A stretch of 63,903 nt of DNA, filler included, from an uncultured Myxococcia bacterium (GTDB lineage Bacteria; CAZTWC01), in assembly GCA_964617105.1 (NCBI GenBank). It is 6 parts of 6 records of this genome, joined end to end, with 100 filler letters (N's around TTAATTAATTAA, not from the genome) between each part and the next. Parts side by side here need not be neighbours in the genome. Positions count along the whole stretch, not along the records: positions 21,925 to 32,603 come from CAZTWC010000109.1; positions 32,704 to 43,368 come from CAZTWC010000110.1; 4 more parts are not named here. One strand, given 5' to 3'. This document shows positions 30,535 through 38,784 of this stretch, in pieces (positions within the stretch are counted from its first letter, which is position 1; every line of letters starts with the position of its first letter). The notes beneath the pieces are model-generated. The model was given only the letters and a program-made list of their open reading frames with translations. It did no database searches and was not told the origin of the DNA. The position numbers and the translations under genes were made by a program.

Positions 30535-32603
30535 TCATCTAGCCCGCCATCTCTCCAGGGAAAAATAGAGGCTGGGCACTAAAATTAAAGTGATCAGGGT
30601 GGAGGAGAGCAAACCTCCTACCACTACTCTGGCTAAAGGAGCCTGCATCTCTCCTCCCTCGCCTACTCCCATAGCCACCGGCACCAGAGCCAAAGAGGTG
30701 GTTAGAGAGGTCATAAGGATAGGGCGCAGCCTCCGCCGGCCCGCCTCCAGAACAGCGGGCAGCAAGTCGGTCTGATCCCGGCTCCGTAATAGATTGATAT
30801 AATCAACCAGCACAATAGCATNNNNNNNNNNGTTTGACTATTACACGAAATTATAACCTATTTTCGACACAAAACGATTCAAAAAGAACATAAATAATCT
30901 CGTATTAGTCATTATTTGACTATTTCCCTTATTTTAGCAGCCAATAGCATTGTTTACCACAATGCCGCAGAGCACAATGGCGCCCAAAAAGGAGTTTATA
31001 TTAAAGGTGGTTCCGGTTAACAGCAGGCTTAATACCACCCCAATCAGGGCAAAGGGCACAGCCAACAGCATAACGAATGGATGGAGCAACGATTCAAACA
31101 GAGAGGCCATCACCATGTAAACCAAAGCGATAGCTAAACATAACCCCAGCAGTAAATTGCTGAAACTCTTTTTCTGCTCCTCTAATTCGCCGGAAAACTG
31201 TACCCGAAAATTGGACGGTAACACCAGTTGGCGGAGTTTTTTACCGATATCGCTGGTCACCGAGCCCAAATCCCGGCCGCTAAACCCGGCATTGACCGTA
31301 ATCAGCCGTTCCTGATTGAGCCGTTCTATCATCATGGGCCCCAGCTTATACTGGATGGTGGCTACATCACCCAGGGAGATACGCTTCCCCTCCGGGGTCA
31401 ACAGGGGCAAATCCAACAGTTGGCTGGTCAATCTCCTATCACTCTCCTGCAGCCGCACTAACACCCGGAATTCATCACCGTATTGGCGAAAATAGGTGGA
31501 AGCAGTACCCAATACATAGGTGGAGATCTCATCGGCTATACTACCCACCGATAATTTCATATCAGCCGCTTTATCAGCATCTATACGGATTATCGCCTCC
31601 AGGTTACCCTCCTTGCGATCGATATCCACATCCACTACGCCGGGCACCTCCTCTATTAGAGAGGATACCTGCCGAGCCAGCCGTCCTCCCGCTTCCCGGT
31701 CATGACCTAAAATACGAATAGATATCCGTTCGCCACCGCCCCGCAACATCCTGAAGAGCCAAAAGGCCTCTCCGGCCCGAACCCGGGCCTTAAAATCCGG
31801 AATACGATTCAGATAGCGGCGCACCTGCATGGCTATCTGATTGGCGCTGCGGTTCCTATCTTTTATATTGGTTAATTTGACAAAAATTCGACAGGCGTTC
31901 TGGCCGGAACGAGACCAAAAACCTGGAGTTCCAGCCACTCCCATCACAGAAACCGATTCTGGAATCTTGGCGGCCAATTGGGACTGTAACCACTTAACTA
32001 CCGCCTCAGTCTTCTCCAGCGGGGTTCCCACCGGCAATTTGCCGTAAATCCGCACCTCGCCCTGGTCACCTTCGGGCATCAACTCCATACCGATGAGAGG
32101 GATGGCGGCAATGCTGCCTCCTAGCAAAGTCAGGCAAATGATGAAAACCAGCCAGGGACGATTCAGAGAGCCTTTGAGCAGATAGAGGTAACCTGACTCC
32201 AGCCGGTTAAGGAAACCAGCCAATATTCCGTTGTTGGTTTCAGCCGATTTATTAGATGATCCTGGTTTATTCCGGGAACCCGCCTGAGATTCAAGAGAGG
32301 CCAACACCGGCACCAGAGTTAAAGCCACCGCTAAAGAACTCAACAGAGCAAAAGAAACCACGTAGGCCATCTGGCCAAAAAAAATACTGGCAAAACCTGT
32401 CATAAATACCACTGGCACAAAAATGCAGATAGTGGTCATGGTGGAGGCCACAATGGCGGTGGAAACCTCAGAACTGCCCAGGATAGCTGCCAATTTTGGT
32501 GTCTGGCCCAACTCCCGTTGACGCTGGATATTTTCCAGAATAACAATAGAGTTGTCCACCAGCATTCCAATACCAAGAGCCAGGCCGCCAAAGGTAATCA
32601 TAT
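30535..32603 (-). pseudogene. RND (AcrB/AcrD/AcrF family) efflux permease, 5' partial, interrupted at GIVVNNAI|VLVDY by an insertion or gap
   Basis: GMLVDNSIV..ENI, YMVMASLFES..HP, GIVVNNAI and RLRPILMT motifs. The two ORF pieces rejoin in frame if 30822-30950 is removed. Confidence 0.85.
30822..30942. mobile_element. Collapsed insertion (probable IS end) flanked by an 8-9 bp target-site duplication
   Basis: AATAGCAT at 30814-30821 and 30943-30950. The visible end reads GGCTGCTAAAATAAGGG on the minus strand; a 10-N gap covers the other end. Confidence 0.65.
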
Positions 32604-32703
32604 NNNNNNNNNNNNNNNNNNNNNNNNNNNNNNNNNNNNNNNNNNNNTTAATTAATTAANNNNNNNNNNNNNNNNNNNNNNNNNNNNNNNNNNNNNNNNN
32701 NNN

Positions 32704-34349
32704 TTGACGAAGATATCATGACCCAATTTATCGAGACTATTAGCGTAAATCTTCACCAGGTATATTTTGCCCGCACTTTTATCCATAAATATATAGATGA
32801 ACTAAAAGATAGAAAAAAACTCAATCAAAATGTCGATTATGACCAGGAAATAAAAAATCTAAAAAATTTGGTGATTTTTCTCTATTGTTTGGAAAATTTC
32901 ATGGCAATTCCCGGCCTTTCACATCCAATAACCGGTGATATTTTGCGTAGACGGATAGAAGAGGTCTATTTAGATATGCAAGACAAACCAAATAGTAAAT
33001 GGCGGCATCCAGATAATCTAGAAGACTTATTAGAAATTATACCACCGAAAATCGACAATGTTATCGACCAAATTTACGTTGACCCCCATGATGAGAAACA
33101 GGAATTGCCATTTCAATTTTTAAACGTTTTATTACCGGTTTTACGCTATGAATTTTTTGAGCGTCAAAAAGATTCAAATCTGTCGAGGCTCCGCTTTTTA
33201 TCCAGGCGCATCAAGGGTAAAGATGGGAAAAACCGTTTTGAAAATATCTTAGAAATTACCCACAAAATAAAGCCACCGCCACTTCCAACTCCAACGATAA
33301 TTTTGGATGCCACCGGCAAAGCCGGTATATATGAGCGATTATTTGATGCCAAACCTATTGTCTATGCGCCAAAGTTAGAGTTTGCCAATAGAGTCATTCA
33401 GGTTTACTCGACTTCCGGCTCTATCGGTGCTCTGCGAAATGCCATCCACAAAAGCCGGATGGTCAAACTGTTAAAATATTATTTGCACGAGCAGCCTCTA
33501 TCATTGGTTATCTGCAAGCAGTCCTTGGAAAATGAACTCAGAAAAATAGTCCCAAAAGGGACTATGGTCAACCACTACTACGGCACCCGTGGTTCCAATG
33601 AATTTGAGAAATTACAACGGGTAATTGTTTTCGGCATGCCGGGGATGAACCCTGAGACAGTCCGCCAATATGCCAGTGCATTTTACTATCAGGATAACCT
33701 GTCTACCGACACTGAAATCGTCATCCGGCAGTACGTCAACAATGATGTCGGCGTCAAAGTCCTGGTTTACAAAGAACCACTTGTCCAGGCGATAGCCGAG
33801 ACCGGCCGGGAGGATGAAGTATTGCAGTCGATTCATCGCATCCGGCCAGGGTTAACCCCCTCAAAAGACATAATTTTGCTAACCAATTTAGTTATTCCTG
33901 ACCTACCGGTTACACAACTGGTTTCAGTTGATGATGTGCTGGGGAGGAAAAAGCAGGATAGAAAGGAGAAAGCGGTAAAAATGCTTCGCAATTTAATCGA
34001 AATGCAATTGGACAAAATTGGTTTTGTCTGTCCGGCAAGGACGCTTTGGCCGATTATTGGGAACAAAGAAAAGCCATCAATTGAGAACGAAAATTTTATG
34101 AAGAGCAATGATATCTGGTGCCAAATCTCCAAAGAAAAAGAAATGACAAAGTCTACGTTCTATCGGCATATTTCCGCCATCAAAAAGGACAGTTCAGTCT
34201 CTACTTATGCACTGTCTGTAAAGGGCAATAAAGGATTTGCCCAGGTTGAAATTATTGGACGTAATCCGGGATGTCAGAACAAGGCAATTGACTTTTTTAG
34301 CAAGCATCCCGAATTTAAAAAAGAAAGGCATAGCATAATTCACACTTAG
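32704..34349 (+). CDS. SF2 helicase-like replication/origin-binding protein (5' partial)
   Basis: DED at the contig edge (motif II-like), ILDATG (motif III), HYYG.RGSNEF and QSIHRIR (motif VI-like). Confidence 0.6.
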
Positions 34350-34351
34350 GG

Positions 34352-34437
34352 TGTCTCATTTTTTTTCCCCATTAATAAGTACTAAGTACTTATATACAAA
34401 TGCATCTGTATAGTTATTGGGGAAAAAAAATGAGACA
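34352..34437. repeat. Perfect 20-bp inverted repeat enclosing two internal palindromes
   Basis: TGTCTCA-T8-CCCCA (34352-34371) pairs with TGGGG-A8-TGAGACA (34418-34437). Inside are ATAAGTACT-A-AGTACTTAT and TATACA..TGTATA. Confidence 0.85.
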
Positions 34438-34471
34438 TGCTCTTGTGTGAATAATGTGAGTGCGGACATAG

Positions 34472-35332
34472 ATGAGTAAGCAAATGGAGAATTTAACAAT
34501 GCACACAGTAAGCCAGGGAATCGTATCAGGAAGAAGGAGAGAAGGTCTTAGTGATGCTACATCCAACTTTACGCAGCAGAAACGGCCAGCGGCCGCCAGC
34601 AAAACCTCTCAAGCATTTAATCAAAGGCAGTTACATGGCCAACACCACTTCCAGCGTGCCAGCGTTTGCAATTACAGAAATGTTGACATTTGGGCGGCTA
34701 CTAATCTGGAAATATTGAATTTGCATAAAACCAACCCCGACAGAGAGGATATCTTGCATGAGAATAAAATTTACCGGCGCCTTTCACCAGACTATTTTTT
34801 GTGGCTTCAAAAGCGGTTTTTTAATTTTAGGCAGGCGGTAGAGAAAAAATTGGTTGACGGTAAAACAGAAACTGAAGTTGCAAACCGCTTTGGTCGGATT
34901 CAATTATTAGCCGAAAGATATTTTAGTCCACACGACTTTGATACAGCAAAATTCCGGCTAAGTCTTCTGCCAATGCTGTCGCCTAACAAAAAAGAGCAAA
35001 CATTTTTTATATACCCGACCGATAAAACCTTACCGGTTTTCAACCCAATAAGCAGTTACGCATTGAAGCAAGTGGATGCGGTTAAACATAGAGCGATTTC
35101 TCTTGGTTGGACTGAGTCCGGCCTCTACCAGAACCAAGGAACTTTCACATTTCCCTATGGATTTGACTGGGGAATTATCAACTTCATTGACCGGGGCGAC
35201 CGACTTGGCGAGGTAACCTCGAAAACCATAGAACTTATAACCGCCACAGGAAGTGTTTTGCACTTTTACAAGCATGGTAATGGCCGCCGGCATCAAGTTG
35301 GACTTAACAAACGGGAGAAAGATAATGGCTAA
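34472..35332 (+). CDS. Hypothetical phage protein
   Basis: 286-aa ORF co-oriented in the phage operon; the real start is uncertain. Confidence 0.6.
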   Translation: MSKQMENLTMHTVSQGIVSGRRREGLSDATSNFTQQKRPAAASKTSQAFNQRQLHGQHHFQRASVCNYRNVDIWAATNLEILNLHKTNPDREDILHENKIYRRLSPDYFLWLQKRFFNFRQAVEKKLVDGKTETEVANRFGRIQLLAERYFSPHDFDTAKFRLSLLPMLSPNKKEQTFFIYPTDKTLPVFNPISSYALKQVDAVKHRAISLGWTESGLYQNQGTFTFPYGFDWGIINFIDRGDRLGEVTSKTIELITATGSVLHFYKHGNGRRHQVGLNKREKDNG

Positions 35333-35621
35333 CAAAATATTCTGCGCCAATTGCATCAACTGCAAAGTGTTTCGTCACTACTCCAGTGATAAGACCACCT
35401 ATACTCAGAAGGTGCGATGCACAGCGGTGCAGTGGAAAAAACCTGGCGGTGGCGAAAAGACATATTTTCTTCACACTTTGCTCAACAGGCAGATGGAAAA
35501 ATGCTCTGAATTTGAATTTGCTGGCGACAATCTAGCAGACGAGCAAACCTTTATTCAGAGCCTGCGCCGGACTTTACCGGGAAGCAAGATCATCCACACT
35601 GTTACAGCCATCGGGAGGTAA
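35325..35621 (+). CDS. Hypothetical Cys-rich phage protein
   Basis: MANKIFCANCINCKVF...RC...C; GGAG RBS; overlaps the previous stop. Confidence 0.65.
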   Translation: MANKIFCANCINCKVFRHYSSDKTTYTQKVRCTAVQWKKPGGGEKTYFLHTLLNRQMEKCSEFEFAGDNLADEQTFIQSLRRTLPGSKIIHTVTAIGR

Positions 35622-35624
35622 ACC

Positions 35625-35891
35625 ATGACTAAAAGTAACTATATCAAAGGCACCTGGTGCCTTACCTCAGAGCAAATTGAAAAATTACAGGATCAGGGCC
35701 TGGAGGGAAAGCAAATATACGTCCCAACCAGAACAGCCAAAAAGCGGGAAGAGCGTCTTAAAAGTGTCGGCCACTTGCATGATAACCAGGGACTGAGTCT
35801 CTCGCAAATAGCAGATCAGTTGCACATATCCCCCCGGAGAGTGGCAACCCTGGTAAAAGAGTTCAGGAAGCAGTCTGAGGGTGAGAAATAG
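35625..35891 (+). CDS. Small HTH DNA-binding protein (sigma70 region 4/Mor-like)
   Basis: GKQIYVP followed by GLSLSQIADQLHISPRRV; GGAGG RBS. Confidence 0.7.
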   Translation: MTKSNYIKGTWCLTSEQIEKLQDQGLEGKQIYVPTRTAKKREERLKSVGHLHDNQGLSLSQIADQLHISPRRVATLVKEFRKQSEGEK

Positions 35892-35962
35892 TGGTGAAAT
35901 AAAGGTGGCGAGCCCCTCCCGCCCGGGAGGAACAATTTTTTATTACGCAGGAGGAACACAAG

Positions 35963-36466
35963 ATGTCCAAGTTTAGTGAAACAGCAAAAAGATGTTCAGC
36001 AATGACTTATTCAGGTAAGTCTTGCCCGAACCCGGCAATGAAGGACAGTGACTTGTGCTGGCAACATAGCAAGGTTCGAAATCCGGAGTTGATTGGTAAA
36101 CCAAAGTGGTGGCAGGAATTGCCAGACACTCTCGAGATAAACAATAGCGAAGAACAGGAGTTGATGATCAGCGCCTTAGAAGCGATAGATGATGATTTTG
36201 ATTTAAACGAGTCCACTGACAGGATGCAGGCGCAGATGTCGGCATTTTATTTTTCCAAATGGGTCTCGGCCTGCAAACAGAATAATCTGGAGTTGGCAGC
36301 CGCCCACGATCATCTCTTGCAAAAGAACCTCAAGTGCCTGAAGGCAACCCGGGACATAAGAGAAGGTGTAGAGGTACAGATGAGCACCCCGGCGGAGTGG
36401 GCGGCCGATTTGTTGGAGGAATACAATAGCAGGCAAGGTGAAGATGCACAATCACGGCCAAAATAG
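35963..36466 (+). CDS. Putative terminase small subunit with N-terminal Zn-finger-like motif
   Basis: C.A.T..G..C..........C..H motif; helical C-terminus; AGGAGG RBS; last conventional plus-strand gene before terL. Function is inferred from position. Confidence 0.5.
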   Translation: MSKFSETAKRCSAMTYSGKSCPNPAMKDSDLCWQHSKVRNPELIGKPKWWQELPDTLEINNSEEQELMISALEAIDDDFDLNESTDRMQAQMSAFYFSKWVSACKQNNLELAAAHDHLLQKNLKCLKATRDIREGVEVQMSTPAEWAADLLEEYNSRQGEDAQSRPK

Positions 36467-36770
36467 AAAAAAAAGGGCGCAGATGTCGTTGGCAGGCAGG
36501 AGGTAACTATGCGTTATCAGGAGAGGCAGATTTTAAAAAAGGGCGCAGAACACCCGTTCTCTGACCTTGCAGACTGGCGGTTTATAATGGAATATCAACG
36601 TGTTAACAAGGATGATCAAGTTGTGCATGGTATAACCCGGTCGCATAAATCTCAGGTGATGTTGGCAGAAAATAGCCCTTCCGGTCAAAGTGAACCAGAG
36701 AACAAAAGTAGTTTGCCAAAAGGTAAAAAATGGGCGAACAAAAACTTATTTACACTATTTCAAAACCCCC

Positions 36771-36852
36771 ATGTACAAACGTGTACAAACCATGTACAAC
36801 TGCGTACAAACCCCCTGTACAAATCGACCTTTTTTTATGTACGATTTGTACA
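36771..36852. repeat. Array of GTACAA(A/C) direct repeats plus an 11-bp inverted repeat
   Basis: Copies start at 36772, 36782, 36793, 36803 and 36816. TGTACAAATCG (36816-36826) pairs with CGATTTGTACA (36842-36852). Confidence 0.85.
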
Positions 36853-36931
36853 TGACAATTTTTGCAGATTTTTTGAAAATCAGGACTCTCAAAAATCAAA
36901 ATTAGTGGAAACGCTGAGAGCGATTTTTTTT

Positions 36932-37888
36932 CTACCCCAAATCCTCGATAGCATCCTCGAGCTCATAATCGAAAAGATGGGTGTATATTTGAGTGGTACT
37001 CACCTGGCGGTGGCCGAGGGCTTTGGATGTCAAAATCAAGTTTCTGGTCTGGCCATAGAGGTTGGTGGCAAAAGTGTGGCGCAGAGAGTGGATGGTGAGT
37101 TTGCGATCAATATTGGCCCAGGTGAGCCACTGAGTGAAGCGGCGTTCCACCTGGCGGGCGGTGATCCTGGTTTTGCGGTTGGAGATGAAAAGTGGTTGGC
37201 CGGACTGACCGCTTTGATTGGTCAGGCTGGTCTGAGCCTGATCTGTTGGGCTATTGCTGATGGCGATATTGCCGGTGCTGTTATCATCCCTTCTCTTGCG
37301 GAGCCAGGCTTTCAAAAGGCGGCGAAGTTTGCTCCCCAAAAAGCGGCTCTCCTTTCTTCCGCCCTTAACCTTAATATCGATTTTTTTGTCATCCAGCCTT
37401 ACATCGCAAATGTCGAGGCCGACAAGTTCGGCCAACCGGATACCGGTGCCCAAAAAGAGTTGGATGATAACCAGGTCTCTTTCTGCGGCCGTCCCTCTTT
37501 GTCTACTGATTGCTTTGATAAGGCGTTTTCTCTCGCCAGGAGTCAAAAAAACAGGGTCTTTTCTCTGGGGTCTTTTTATCTTGAGTGTCCGGGCCGGGTT
37601 TTTATCCAAGAGATCCTCCTCCTCGAGATACCGACCAAAGGAGCGCAAAATTGCCTTAGTGCGAGAAATTGTTATCTCACTTCGATTGTTACCGTTATCA
37701 GACCTGGTGACCAATTTAGAGATCGTGTAGCGGTTTACCATGTCGCTGGTAAACTCTGTAATTTCAATGTTGCCGGTAAAAAGCATCAGCCGGCTGAGTT
37801 CCCGTTTATAGACATCAATGGTAAGTGGGCTCTTCTCTTGAGCGGTCATGCTAGTAAGGAAATTTTCAATACACTCATTGATTATCAT
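36932..37888 (-). CDS. Tyrosine recombinase, XerC/D-like
   Basis: RD..II.L.L.TGIRL.EL..L, VKGGRK, HSLRHTFAT and LGH..VSTTQIYTH give a complete catalytic set. Confidence 0.95.
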   Translation of the reverse strand: MIINECIENFLTSMTAQEKSPLTIDVYKRELSRLMLFTGNIEITEFTSDMVNRYTISKLVTRSDNGNNRSEITISRTKAILRSFGRYLEEEDLLDKNPARTLKIKRPQRKDPVFLTPGERKRLIKAISRQRGTAAERDLVIIQLFLGTGIRLAELVGLDICDVRLDDKKIDIKVKGGRKESRFLGSKLRRLLKAWLRKRRDDNSTGNIAISNSPTDQAQTSLTNQSGQSGQPLFISNRKTRITARQVERRFTQWLTWANIDRKLTIHSLRHTFATNLYGQTRNLILTSKALGHRQVSTTQIYTHLFDYELEDAIEDLG

Positions 37889-37963
37889 CTATCTGTTCCC
37901 TCCTTCTGTTTCTCCTTAGTGTCCTCTCTATTTGTCATAGTCACTCTCTTCTTTCTACATACA

Positions 37964-37999
37964 CATGTGACCTTCCATTTGCCAGCAAGTCAAGTCAAT
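37964..37999 (-). promoter_or_regulatory. Repeated promoter/operator motif upstream of the recombinase (copy 1)
   Basis: Minus strand ATTGACTTGACTTG-N5-AAATGGAAG-N4-CATG, with the same spacing as copy 2. Confidence 0.7.
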
Positions 38000-38032
38000 T
38001 GTCTAGTATTATCAGTACTTTTGCCTGAAACC

Positions 38033-38063
38033 AAAAAGGGCGCCAGGATATTCCTGACACCCA
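38033..38063 (-). terminator. Intrinsic terminator after the 188-aa gene
   Basis: Minus strand GGGTGTCAGGA-ATA-TCCTGGCGCCC-TTTTT. Confidence 0.65.
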
Positions 38064-38101
38064 AGTTGGTCACTTTAAAGTGTTCTAACTCGGCTGGTTG
38101 T

Positions 38102-38668
38102 TCAGTTGTCGTTAACACTGTCTTCACTGTTGTCCTGACTCTCTTGGCCTTCCTCCCTATTGTCTGGACGTTCTTCGCTACTATCAGTATTTTCTCTGCA
38201 ATTATCTTGAACCGTTACGGTTTCTTCTGGCTCGGGCGGATTGTCCGGTTCAGTTTGGCCTTCTTGCTCAGTCTGGCCGCCTTGATTAGCCTGGCTCCCC
38301 TGATTAGAGTTGACACTTTTAACCAACTTCATCTCATCCTTGGGCAAAGGCAGTTTGACAATAATTCCAGTTTCAAAAGCCCAGACCAGAAACTGGCGGG
38401 TTACCCGGCGGATCTGCAGTTTGGTCGGTTCGGCCATGGGACGGTCTTTAACCTTGGTAGCCAGGTCGCTTTTGAAAAAGCCGGCAATATGGGCTGGCAG
38501 GATTTTACCCATCTGTTTTTGCTCTCCCTGATGGGTTACCACCAATTTCAGCAGTCGGCCAATTGTGTTTATGGTGGACTCCTTTTTGCCCTGGCTCTTC
38601 AAATATTCGAGATACTCAGGCACTGTTTCTTTTACTGTTTTTGGTGTTGTTTCTGCAGTTTCATTCAT
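38102..38668 (-). CDS. Protein resembling an integrase N-terminal SAM-like (core-binding) domain, with acidic disordered tail
   Basis: V.E.V..YL.YL...GK.ESTI.T....L...I..FF....T....RRV.RQFL.WA...G pattern; no catalytic motifs. Confidence 0.6.
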   Translation of the reverse strand: MNETAETTPKTVKETVPEYLEYLKSQGKKESTINTIGRLLKLVVTHQGEQKQMGKILPAHIAGFFKSDLATKVKDRPMAEPTKLQIRRVTRQFLVWAFETGIIVKLPLPKDEMKLVKSVNSNQGSQANQGGQTEQEGQTEPDNPPEPEETVTVQDNCRENTDSSEERPDNREEGQESQDNSEDSVNDN

Positions 38669-38713
38669 GGCTCATCTCCTTTAATGGTAAGTTTTTTTTG
38701 GTATCGACGTGTC

Positions 38714-38749
38714 CATGAATGCTTCCATTTTGAAACAAGTCAAGTCAAT
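38714..38749 (-). promoter_or_regulatory. Repeated promoter/operator motif upstream of the 188-aa gene (copy 2)
   Basis: Same ATTGACTTGACTTG-N5-AAATGGAAG-N4-CATG motif. Confidence 0.7.
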
Positions 38750-38784
38750 AATACCAATAAATTTAAATTAGTTAGAGGTGCTTA

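Noticed and set aside
36469-36549. 15-bp direct repeat AAAAAAGGGCGCAGA as att sites of the recombinase cassette
   Set aside because: Both copies lie on the same side of the cassette, 66 bp apart. A partial third copy at 38033 is part of a terminator, so these are more likely terminator-related.
36580-36610. Possible dif-like site near the Xer-like recombinase
   Set aside because: Only ATAATG resembles dif; there is no XerD-arm match or convincing dyad.
36771-36852. CRISPR array
   Set aside because: Units are about 10 bp with no unique spacers, and no cas genes or repeat-spacer arrays were seen anywhere in the window.
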